IMG/VR virus record: IMGVR_UViG_3300014832_000004
Location: 16,871-80,870 of that record
Length of the DNA stretch: 64,000 bases
Strand: one strand, 5' to 3'
Source of the DNA: a virus
Taxonomy: Duplodnaviria; Caudoviricetes
The notes below the pieces were generated by a model. That model ran no database searches. It had not been told where the DNA came from and saw nothing but the letters and a program-made list of their open reading frames with translations. Each line of letters begins with the position of its first letter. The first letter of the stretch is position 1. Position numbers and translations under genes: made by a program. Of the stretch, positions 56,590 to 64,000 are shown piece after piece.

Positions 56590-56827
56590 GTCGGCAATCG
56601 TCTATTAGCCGATCGATCGCGCCCCGGATTGCTGGCCATTCTTCCGGGTCGATTGCGATCTTTCCGCCACCGTCGCGCCCGCTTTGGCTAACCTCAACGA
56701 ACTCCCCTGCCGCTTCGTCGATGATCGTTATCTTAGTTGCGCGCTCGCTGTAGGTTTTGTCGCCTTTCGGAAGCACGGTAAACTGCGTCGGGCGGGCGAT
56801 GTATTTTGGATGTTTTGAGGTGGTCAT
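56558..56827 (-). CDS. Hypothetical protein
   Basis: Last gene of leftward operon. Confidence 0.55.
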   Translation of the reverse strand: MTTSKHPKYIARPTQFTVLPKGDKTYSERATKITIIDEAAGEFVEVSQSGRDGGGKIAIDPEEWPAIRGAIDRLIDDCRPTPPLSSPAG

Positions 56828-56833
56828 TTTTCG

Positions 56834-57157
56834 TCATCTGCGATCAGTAGGCCCGGATCGACGATCCTGTGTTGGCTGTCCGGAATGGCTGCCGGTAGCC
56901 TGTTTTGGTGGCCACTCCCCTGATGCTATGGCCAGTTGCAGTTCGCGCATACCAGCCTCTTCGAGCTTCCGCCGGATGTCCTGTGCAGAGTCGCGCACGA
57001 AATCAATCCGGCATGCCGAGCATTGCAGTTCTCCGTCATCGCCATAGATTCGATGTTTTGGCCCGTCGTGCTCAATCGCAAGCAAGCGCCGTAGATCGCG
57101 AATCTCTGCTGCGCACTCTCCGTGCGGGTCGCCGTCTGGTTGTTCGTCAAAACTCAT
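56834..57157 (-). CDS. Hypothetical accessory protein
   Basis: FDEQPDGDPHGEC N-terminus shared with 16593; YGDDGELQCSAC. Confidence 0.65.
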   Translation of the reverse strand: MSFDEQPDGDPHGECAAEIRDLRRLLAIEHDGPKHRIYGDDGELQCSACRIDFVRDSAQDIRRKLEEAGMRELQLAIASGEWPPKQATGSHSGQPTQDRRSGPTDRR

Positions 57158-57195
57158 TTCAATCCTCTCGTCATAAAAGCGTTTCATCAAAAGAA

Positions 57196-57471
57196 CTACT
57201 CGTCCCACATATTAAAGCTGTGGGTTAGCGCGTCCATGTCGATCCTTGCGCGGTAAGTGCAGAACCGACCGTCGTTAACGCCCTTGCATTTCCGATACTT
57301 CTGTCCTGGAAGAATGCGCCAGTTGTCAGCCTCGGCATTCATAACGGCGTTCCGCTGAACGTCAGTGTCGCAATCTGCAATCACATACCCGGATCGCAGC
57401 CACTGCTGACTAGCATCGCAAAGGTAGCTCTTTTTCGCTGTTACCAGTTCGTCGCTCAGTGTGCGATCCAT
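57196..57471 (-). CDS. Hypothetical protein (family of 16004-16354)
   Basis: VTAKK.Y.CD..ILPGQKY. Confidence 0.65.
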   Translation of the reverse strand: MDRTLSDELVTAKKSYLCDASQQWLRSGYVIADCDTDVQRNAVMNAEADNWRILPGQKYRKCKGVNDGRFCTYRARIDMDALTHSFNMWDE

Positions 57472-57510
57472 ACAATCCTCCGTGATAAAACAACTATTAG
57501 CAATACGCCG

Positions 57511-58116
57511 CTACCAGTAATTCGCGCTGACCAGTACCTCGGCGCTGCAATTGTGCTTTTCGCACACAGCTTTTGCCCAATCCTCTAGCGCAACCTTTTG
57601 TGCCTCAAGGTCTGCCCACTTGATAGTTTCACCGTGTCCGTAAGTCACCAGAGAGAAGACGTAGATCGTTCCTTCTGGCAGTCCGAGCTGATTGCCTTTG
57701 TCATAGTCATCCTCCATGACTCCGTGCTGGTGGTAGTATTTCCCACCAATCTTGAACGATCCGTCGCTATCAATTCCTGCGTCTGCAAGGATCGCCCGGT
57801 ACGTCTTTCTTGCCTCTCCTGTGATCATATCAATCGTCTTGGTGCATCGCGGCTCTGGCGCTGACCGTGGATGCTCGACAAACGCCGTGCATACCGGGGT
57901 CCCGTTGTCGTAGCACCACTCTTCCGGGTAGTCTGGATCGTCGACCGTCAGCCGCATAGTGTCGGCGATGATCGGGCAAAGCTCGTTGTCGTTGCATTCG
58001 TCGAAGTCGGCGCCTTCGCGCATGGCCTTGTCGCGTGAGCACCGGCAGCACCAGTCATCGTAGAACGATTGGCCTTCTGTGCCGCTCGACGGCTGGTATT
58101 TCTCGATCTTGATCAT
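57511..58116 (-). CDS. Two-domain hypothetical protein, Cys-rich N-terminus
   Basis: YQPS.GTEG..F..WCCRC..C.II..YP.EW. Confidence 0.65.
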   Translation of the reverse strand: MIKIEKYQPSSGTEGQSFYDDWCCRCSRDKAMREGADFDECNDNELCPIIADTMRLTVDDPDYPEEWCYDNGTPVCTAFVEHPRSAPEPRCTKTIDMITGEARKTYRAILADAGIDSDGSFKIGGKYYHQHGVMEDDYDKGNQLGLPEGTIYVFSLVTYGHGETIKWADLEAQKVALEDWAKAVCEKHNCSAEVLVSANYW

Positions 58117-58127
58117 CCCCGTATCCT

Positions 58128-58522
58128 CGTAAAATCAGGCGAACCCATTGTCCTGCGCTATAAGCGCCCACTCTCTAGGCCCGTGCCTTTGATACGTCCT
58201 GCCGGACAGCGGACCGTGAAGAACGATCCGCCAGTCGTGGTCAGTATCGGCTGCAGCAATCCGTTCTGCCTGCGCTCCGGTCATAAAGTCGGCGTCGTCA
58301 TCTGGATCGTTCGGCTCGGTGTAAATTGGTTCGCCATCACGCTCTAGTGCTGCGTAACCGAAGCCCACTGCAATCAAGCCGTTTGCCGGAAAGAGGCTAG
58401 GTCGCGGACCACAATTCAGGCAGCCGCCATACGTACCCTCGATAGCGGGCTCTTTTTTCCATCCATTGTTTTGGTCGTAGTCGGTCATGTCTTGTCCTAT
58501 TTGATTAACGTAAAATCAGGCG
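58128..58522. repeat. 14-bp direct repeat CGTAAAATCAGGCG flanking one gene
   Basis: Copies at 58128-58141 and 58509-58522. Confidence 0.8.
58135..58488 (-). CDS. Hypothetical protein (117 aa)
   Basis: SD AGGA; bounded by the 14-bp repeats. Confidence 0.7.
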   Translation of the reverse strand: MTDYDQNNGWKKEPAIEGTYGGCLNCGPRPSLFPANGLIAVGFGYAALERDGEPIYTEPNDPDDDADFMTGAQAERIAAADTDHDWRIVLHGPLSGRTYQRHGPREWALIAQDNGFA

Positions 58523-58736
58523 CCCAACCTTCCGCAGTAGCCGCCTGTGGCGTTATCCCTGCCAGTCTAAGCCGTGCGTACCAGCGCCCGACAATCGGCG
58601 CTACTGCGCGGCTCTTGTGATGCGGCCAGCCGTTTGCATCAATCCATTCCATCTGCCCGCGTGCGGTCCGGCTGCCGGTAATGTCGGCAAACTCGTCGGG
58701 CGCGAGGGTTTCGGACTGGATTGGAGAGGCGATCAT
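58497..58736 (-). CDS. DUF4224-like putative excisionase
   Basis: L.PDE..DITG....Q.EW...GWP....P.V.R. Confidence 0.65.
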   Translation of the reverse strand: MIASPIQSETLAPDEFADITGSRTARGQMEWIDANGWPHHKSRAVAPIVGRWYARLRLAGITPQAATAEGWAPDFTLIK

Positions 58737-59092
58737 CGCATTACGTGCGTCGTGATGTTGCCGCTGGTGTAAGCCGTGCCGTGTGCGGTTCGCTTGGCAG
58801 TTCCGTGAGGCTTCGCCTGCAGCCTGATAAGCGCAGCCTTTTTGGCGTCAGACAGCACCAGCCTTCTGCGCTCTGCATCCTGCTTTGCGGCCGCGAGCCT
58901 GGCCATCGTCCGCGCCTTTTCTGCCTCAACGTACTCGGCAGACTTGTTCAGCTTCCTGTATTTGGCGTAGTTCGCCACCTGCTGCGCCGTGAGTCCCATC
59001 TGTTGCGCGACCGACGCAGTGCTGTAACATGGGTACAGGTCGCGCAGCATCTTTTCTTCAAGAGCAGAAAGGAAACGAGGTTCGTTTGGCAT
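58733..59092 (-). CDS. HTH-type protein (paralog of 17194-17553)
   Basis: EPRFL..E...LR.LYP..ST; shared AHGTAY..H.MR tail. Confidence 0.65.
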   Translation of the reverse strand: MPNEPRFLSALEEKMLRDLYPCYSTASVAQQMGLTAQQVANYAKYRKLNKSAEYVEAEKARTMARLAAAKQDAERRRLVLSDAKKAALIRLQAKPHGTAKRTAHGTAYTSGNITTHVMR

Positions 59093-59103
59093 TGGTTCTG
59101 GCC

Positions 59104-59364
59104 TTACTCTGCAGGAACGAAAACCAGCCGCGACTCAACCCTCCCGGCTTCTACAAGGTGGTAGATCGTCGCTGCAGCATTATTGCCGATGGCGTATTCG
59201 ATGGCTTCTTGCAGCGACGCAAAATGGAGCCCATCCGAATCTCCGCTATCAGGCACTACTACGTGACACATTCCTACGGGAAAACCGGCAGGAATTTCGG
59301 CGGGAATTTCGCGGGTTGCGGTTTTTTCCGTTTCGTCGGCCGTAATGTCGAGGTCCGGAATCAT
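59104..59364 (-). CDS. Hypothetical protein
   Basis: ATGA coupling to ATPase stop. Confidence 0.55.
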   Translation of the reverse strand: MIPDLDITADETEKTATREIPAEIPAGFPVGMCHVVVPDSGDSDGLHFASLQEAIEYAIGNNAAATIYHLVEAGRVESRLVFVPAE

Positions 59365-61112
59365 TTCTGCAATTGAAAAATTCGCAAACTCGTCTTCAGT
59401 CTTTTTGCGATTCCGTTTTCGATCCAGACAGCTTCAGCGCGTTCCGGCAACTTCGCCGGAATTGCCTTGAGGGTGGCGAACAGTAGGCACGTGTCGATCT
59501 CGCCACTGCTGGCCAGGTCGTCGAGCCAGAACAGCAGGTCTTCGCGGCCGTGAAGGTCGAGCACATCGACGCGGTCAAGCACAAGGACCTTTTCTCCGGA
59601 CAGGTGCGCGATCGTCTCGGCGATCATTGCGTCGACGCGCCACCGCTCGGACTCTGAGAGCAGGGCATACGGCCGTCCGTCAGCGCAGATTTCCATGTCC
59701 GCCGTAATATGGGCATTCGGCCATCCTGTTTCGAATGCCGAGTCGACCAGCCGTCCATTTACCGGCCCTAGCGCCTCGCCGAGCATCTGACTTGGGATAC
59801 CGTCCGGCGCCAGTGCGGCGGCGATCGTTTCCCACTGCTGCACATCGGAGTGGTGGCCGCGTGCGGCTGCCGTGCGTTTGTCTGCGGCCAGCGCGGTTCG
59901 CTCATCATTATCAAGCGCCTTGATGGCCTCCTGCAGAGCTGCGAGCGCTTTCTTCGCATCTTCGACCTTTTCACGGGATGCGGCGATCTCTTCGGGCGCC
60001 GGCGCCGGTTCTGATTTCTCGTCGTCGATCTCTGCCAGCGCTTTCGCCGCGGCGTCGGCGTCGGCCAGGTCGCGCTTGTCGTTCGCGACCGAATTTTCCA
60101 ACAGGCCCAGCGCTCTCCGGTACTCGGCGAGCTTCCCAGGCTCTGCGTGAGACTCGACGACTGGCGGCGGAGTGAACTCCACCAGCGCACCGTTGGCGTG
60201 GTCGTGGCGCAGCAGGACAGAGCATACCGGGCAGGAGTATGTGGGCTCGGTCGGCAACGCCTTGGTCTTTCTCTCTTCGTGATCGACCTTGGCTTTCCAC
60301 TCCGTCATGCTTGCCTCGTCCTTGCGAAGCTTGGCCTCGATTCTGGCGAACCTTCTGGCGCGCTCGCGCAGTCCGGCCAGCCTGGCGCTTTGGGCTGCCT
60401 GAGCGGTTGCCCGGCCTTGCATGTCGCCGACGTAGCGCAATCCTTCCTCGATCTGCTGCGCCAGTTGGGCTGCGTCGGCGCGGAGGGCCGTCATCTTCTC
60501 TGGCCTGACCATGGGCTTTGGCGCCACCCATGACGCGGCTTTGATGCTGCCGTACGTCTCTCCGGTGACTGCTCGCCATGATGCTTTGGCATCCCGCGCT
60601 TTTGCCTGCGACTCCTTGTGCGCGGCGTCGCTGCCGGCGCTCAGATGCGTGGTGATGATCTCGACCTTGTCGGCATCGCAACCGCGATCGATCATGCGCC
60701 TTTTCACTTCCTGGACGGTGATCGAGACGCCGGTCAGCAGGAACAGAAATTGCCGGCGCTCGTTGGCGCCCAGGTGGGCGAACCGCTGCGCGTCGAGCAC
60801 GAACGGCAGCAGTTCGGAAGGGCGGCTGCCCGTGTGCTCGTGGGCGCCGTTTGGCAGGGCGATCGCGGATTGCCCCCCGTCATGTTCGACGACGGCATAG
60901 CCCACGTCGGCGCCATCGGACACCAACTGCTTGTAGTTCTTCTTCAGGCTGACTCGCGAAGGCTCTCCGGTCATGGCCATGCGCAATGCTTCGGCGAGGC
61001 TGGACTTGCCTGACCCGTTGGGGCCGCAAAACAGCATGACCGGGAGCGAGAGCTTCACGTCAACATCACGGGCGCCGATGAAATTCTTGGCTTGGATGGC
61101 GGTGATTTTCAT
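59361..61112 (-). CDS. Rad50/SbcC-like ABC ATPase (paralog of 20022-21749)
   Basis: GPNGSGKS, CPVC, LLSESE, VLDRVD. Confidence 0.8.
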   Translation of the reverse strand: MKITAIQAKNFIGARDVDVKLSLPVMLFCGPNGSGKSSLAEALRMAMTGEPSRVSLKKNYKQLVSDGADVGYAVVEHDGGQSAIALPNGAHEHTGSRPSELLPFVLDAQRFAHLGANERRQFLFLLTGVSITVQEVKRRMIDRGCDADKVEIITTHLSAGSDAAHKESQAKARDAKASWRAVTGETYGSIKAASWVAPKPMVRPEKMTALRADAAQLAQQIEEGLRYVGDMQGRATAQAAQSARLAGLRERARRFARIEAKLRKDEASMTEWKAKVDHEERKTKALPTEPTYSCPVCSVLLRHDHANGALVEFTPPPVVESHAEPGKLAEYRRALGLLENSVANDKRDLADADAAAKALAEIDDEKSEPAPAPEEIAASREKVEDAKKALAALQEAIKALDNDERTALAADKRTAAARGHHSDVQQWETIAAALAPDGIPSQMLGEALGPVNGRLVDSAFETGWPNAHITADMEICADGRPYALLSESERWRVDAMIAETIAHLSGEKVLVLDRVDVLDLHGREDLLFWLDDLASSGEIDTCLLFATLKAIPAKLPERAEAVWIENGIAKRLKTSLRIFQLQK

Positions 61113-61941
61113 GGCGTCATGTCCTTGATGGCGAAATAGACGGCCATGCACGCCTTCACATCAGCCATGGCGCTGTGCGCGTTTTCCAGTTCAAGGCCAG
61201 TGAAGTGGCTGTAGGCTTCGGTCAGGTTGGCCGTCTTGTGGTGCGTTCTGCCGACCGCCAGCATGCGTTCAGTCGGAGGAAGCTTGCAGATCGGAGTTGC
61301 GAGCCTGGCTGTGCATTCGGCTTTCCCGGCTTTCCACTCGTCAGCCGCCAGGTCGCCGTAGCGCATCATGGCGATGCGGACAATTCGGGCGTCGAAGCTC
61401 TCGTTGTGGCCCACGCGCAGGTTGACGCCGCGCCACATTTCCAGGAACGCGCTCAGGGCGATGTCTTCCGGTATTCCGATATCGCCGGCCATCTCGGTGG
61501 TGATGCCGTGGATGGCAGATACCTCATCGGGGATCGTCCAGCCGTTCGGGCGAATCATCAGGTCCAGGCTCGACAGCACCTGGCGCGTTTCAGCGTCGAC
61601 GACAGCTGCGGCGATCTGCACGATGTGCGGCTGGTGCGCCGCTTCCGATGGAGCTTTGAAATCCGGCAGGCCGGTCGTCTCGGTGTCGTAGAACAGAATG
61701 GGGTTCATGGCGGTTACTCGATGCCCATGCCGCCGCGCTCGCGGCGCTGTCGGGCGGGAGTCGCGCTCTGCATCGCTTCCTGCCTTTCAGCGGCGCGGAT
61801 CGCGGCTTCTTCTTCGGGGTCTGGGCGCCAGTCGCCGACCGGCGCGGCTTTCTGGATTTCCTGCGGCACGGTCTGCGGTTGCTTCTGCTCGATCTGCGGC
61901 GCGTCGTGGATTTCGCCGGTGTCCTGGTCGACGGTCTGTGG
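61071..61941. repeat. ~870 bp direct repeat, copy 2
   Basis: Offset 39,363 bp from copy 1. Confidence 0.92.
61109..61708 (-). CDS. DEDDh 3'-5' exonuclease, identical to 21746-22345
   Basis: Identical 199-aa translation. Confidence 0.9.
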   Translation of the reverse strand: MNPILFYDTETTGLPDFKAPSEAAHQPHIVQIAAAVVDAETRQVLSSLDLMIRPNGWTIPDEVSAIHGITTEMAGDIGIPEDIALSAFLEMWRGVNLRVGHNESFDARIVRIAMMRYGDLAADEWKAGKAECTARLATPICKLPPTERMLAVGRTHHKTANLTEAYSHFTGLELENAHSAMADVKACMAVYFAIKDMTP

Positions 61942-62775
61942 AGCGTCGTCCGGCAGGATCGAATAGTCTCCGTCCATAGCGTCCGTGTGCTGGTCTTGTC
62001 CGGCGGACGCCATGGCGTCAAGCGCCGATGCGGTTTGAAATTCGACGGACAGCGGCAGGAACTTCGCCAGCCGGCGAATGACAGTCTTGCGCCCCATCTC
62101 GACGAAGTGCGCCGACCACGGGTTCGCCGATTCCTTCTTGTACTTCACCGCCTGCTGAAAGCCCTGCGATCCGTCGCGGATGGTCTCGACTTGATGCCGG
62201 CTCATAAACTCGAAGCAATGGCCGCCATCCTTCAGCTTGGCCACAGCGTAAAATCCGATGACTTCGCCGCGCTCGCCCATTGCTGGGGTGTGGTTCAGCT
62301 TCTCGTCCAGGCCATAGACCAGCTCGAAACGGTCTGCATCGCACACTTCATGCGCGGCGATGCTGACGATTTGACCGGACCGGCGCGCGAGGTCGATCAG
62401 GCCTTTGTATCCAATAATGACCTGAACTGAGTTGACCCAGCGCTCGCCGCCGTTGGCGTCCTTGCGCTTGGTGTTGAACGGCACCAGGTACGCGTGACCC
62501 AGCACGGTGTTGGGCTCCAAGCCCATCTGCGCGCATTGACCGATGGCACCTACCAGGCTTGCTACATCGCATTTTGCCAATGCCGGCGTGGTGGTCGCTG
62601 CGATCTGCGCGACCTTGAGCAGCCGTTCGGCGTTCAGGTGCTTAGGCAGCATCTTGGCGATTTCGCCGGCCTTCTGTTTGAGCAGGTAAGCGATCTGCTC
62701 TTTTGGCTTCATGTCGGCCAGGCGCTGCTGCTGTACTTCGCCCGTGGCTATGGCTTTGAGTGCTGATGTGGTCAT
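61714..62775 (-). CDS. recT: RecT-family annealase (second allele)
   Basis: LPKHLNAERL, MGLEP..LGHAY, IGYKGLIDLARRSG, EMGRKTVIRRL.K.LP. Confidence 0.9.
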   Translation of the reverse strand: MTTSALKAIATGEVQQQRLADMKPKEQIAYLLKQKAGEIAKMLPKHLNAERLLKVAQIAATTTPALAKCDVASLVGAIGQCAQMGLEPNTVLGHAYLVPFNTKRKDANGGERWVNSVQVIIGYKGLIDLARRSGQIVSIAAHEVCDADRFELVYGLDEKLNHTPAMGERGEVIGFYAVAKLKDGGHCFEFMSRHQVETIRDGSQGFQQAVKYKKESANPWSAHFVEMGRKTVIRRLAKFLPLSVEFQTASALDAMASAGQDQHTDAMDGDYSILPDDAPQTVDQDTGEIHDAPQIEQKQPQTVPQEIQKAAPVGDWRPDPEEEAAIRAAERQEAMQSATPARQRRERGGMGIE

Positions 62776-62785
62776 GTCCTGTTCC

Positions 62786-63721
62786 TTACTTGATGAGCAG
62801 CGGACGTGCGCCCGGTGCGGTCTTGGTGAACTGCTTGATGTGTTCCTGCGACGGGTAAAGCGCCAGGCATGCGGCTTGCCAGTCGGTCTTGACAGAGTCC
62901 TTGTTGCTCTTCCAAGTGGCTATCCGCTGACCCTGATAGATCAGCGTCGAGGCGTGTCCCATGGCGCACTTGAGGCGGGTGGACATGAATTCGACGGCAT
63001 CTTCTGCGGCCTTCAGAGCGTGCTTGTGGCGCTTCAGGCTGTCGCACATGGAAAACAGATCGTCATCCGCTTCCATGACGATTCCGCCGTCCTTGGCATA
63101 CAGCCACTTCACATCGTCTGCCGTCTCTGGCGGTGGTGCGTCACGATCCTGAACGCGGCGCCAGAATTCGACCTCTTTCGCGCGGATGGCGGCGATAGTC
63201 TCTTCGTCGCGCTCGACAAAGTGGATGCGCAGATCGTCGATGCCGATGAGGGCTGCCACAATGGCACGGCGGCGCGGCTTGATCATTAGGCCGTGCATGA
63301 CCTGAGCGGCGTAGTGGATCGGCACTTCGTCTGTGCCTGGCTCGCCCCATTCTTTCGCGGCGAACGGGTGCACGGTCTTGATTTCGCCGTTGTGCTGCTC
63401 GCCATCGATGAGTAGCTCAAGGTCAAGCTCACAGGCCAGGAACTTGTATTCTCGGTCTTGATAGCGAGCGCGTCTCGCGATGATCTGCACGTCGTGTCCG
63501 CAGCCCTGAAGCTCATCCACAAGCATTTCAACCACAATCGGTTCCCAGCGGTGCCCTCGGTCGAACACGCGCTGCTTGGCAGGCGTGATGTCATCGACGT
63601 ACTCTCCGGTCTTTTCCTGATACAGGCGGAATTGGCTTTTCCATGGGCTGACGCCGAGGATTGCCGCAACATCGCTGCCGCCGATGAACTTTGTTCGGTC
63701 GTGCTTGTTGACGATCATCAC
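62786..63721 (-). CDS. YqaJ-like exonuclease (second allele)
   Basis: IGGSDVAAILGVSPWKS, ELDLE, EIKT, YAAQVMH. Confidence 0.9.
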   Translation of the reverse strand: MMIVNKHDRTKFIGGSDVAAILGVSPWKSQFRLYQEKTGEYVDDITPAKQRVFDRGHRWEPIVVEMLVDELQGCGHDVQIIARRARYQDREYKFLACELDLELLIDGEQHNGEIKTVHPFAAKEWGEPGTDEVPIHYAAQVMHGLMIKPRRRAIVAALIGIDDLRIHFVERDEETIAAIRAKEVEFWRRVQDRDAPPPETADDVKWLYAKDGGIVMEADDDLFSMCDSLKRHKHALKAAEDAVEFMSTRLKCAMGHASTLIYQGQRIATWKSNKDSVKTDWQAACLALYPSQEHIKQFTKTAPGARPLLIK

Positions 63722-63951
63722 AGCACCCCCAGCAGCGACCAGATCACGACTACCGCCAGGACGACGGCTATCGTCATCTCGACGATCACGTCGACGGTGT
63801 CGACGGTATCTGCGCTTTCCATGCTTTCGCCGGCTGCGTACTTGGCTGCGCAGTCGCGCCAGCGGCTTGCCTCGTCGCTGTAGCCCTGCTCTTCGCAGCG
63901 AGCGGAAACCTCCATGAGAGCATCCAGCTTTCGGTCGTTGTATTTGTTCAT
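63718..63951 (-). CDS. Hypothetical protein with C-terminal TM helix
   Basis: ATGA coupling; hydrophobic tail. Confidence 0.55.
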   Translation of the reverse strand: MNKYNDRKLDALMEVSARCEEQGYSDEASRWRDCAAKYAAGESMESADTVDTVDVIVEMTIAVVLAVVVIWSLLGVL

Positions 63952-64000
63952 TACGTGTCCTTTTCGGATGGCGTCAGCCCAGCCGGCAGCGGGTGGGCGT

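Noticed and set aside
57511-58116. Possible fusion of two accessory genes
   Set aside because: An internal Met exists but there is no independent evidence of a fusion without homolog comparison
56558-59364. attC sites in the unit Y accessory region
   Set aside because: No AAC...GTT imperfect palindromes with attC spacing found by eye
1-64000. Integron integrase or prophage integrase
   Set aside because: No ORF with tyrosine (R-H-R-Y) or serine recombinase motifs recognised
1-64000. tRNA or rRNA genes
   Set aside because: No cloverleaf or T-loop signature seen in the few intergenic gaps

Overview
GC-rich, gene-dense, entirely phage-derived window that reads best as two related lambdoid-style podophage genomes nested in one another. 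Unit X (1-~22.5 kb, resuming at ~61.1 kb) has T7/BPP-1-type tail and ejection genes, an endosialidase-like spike, holins and a leftward early operon. Unit Y lies between two near-identical ~870 bp copies of a dnaQ-like/recT-tail segment spaced 39,363 bp apart (21708-61070). It carries a full P22-like gene set: recombination, cro switch, replication with iterons, Q, terminase, head, tail, spike and lysis. No integrase or CI was found in it. Main finding: unit X carries an array of integron-type attC sites (14443-16441). Each R'' box complements the R' box of the preceding site, as expected for mobilised gene cassettes. All cassette genes are inverted relative to attC, no intI is in the window, and one cassette encodes a TGT/DpdA-like protein. 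Unit Y carries several anti-defence candidates: an Acb2 homolog, an AcrIII-1 (DUF1874)-like protein with a GH to GY change in a self-contained operon, and a two-subunit C5 methyltransferase encoded in overlapping frames. All family calls come from motif recognition by eye; no database searches were run.
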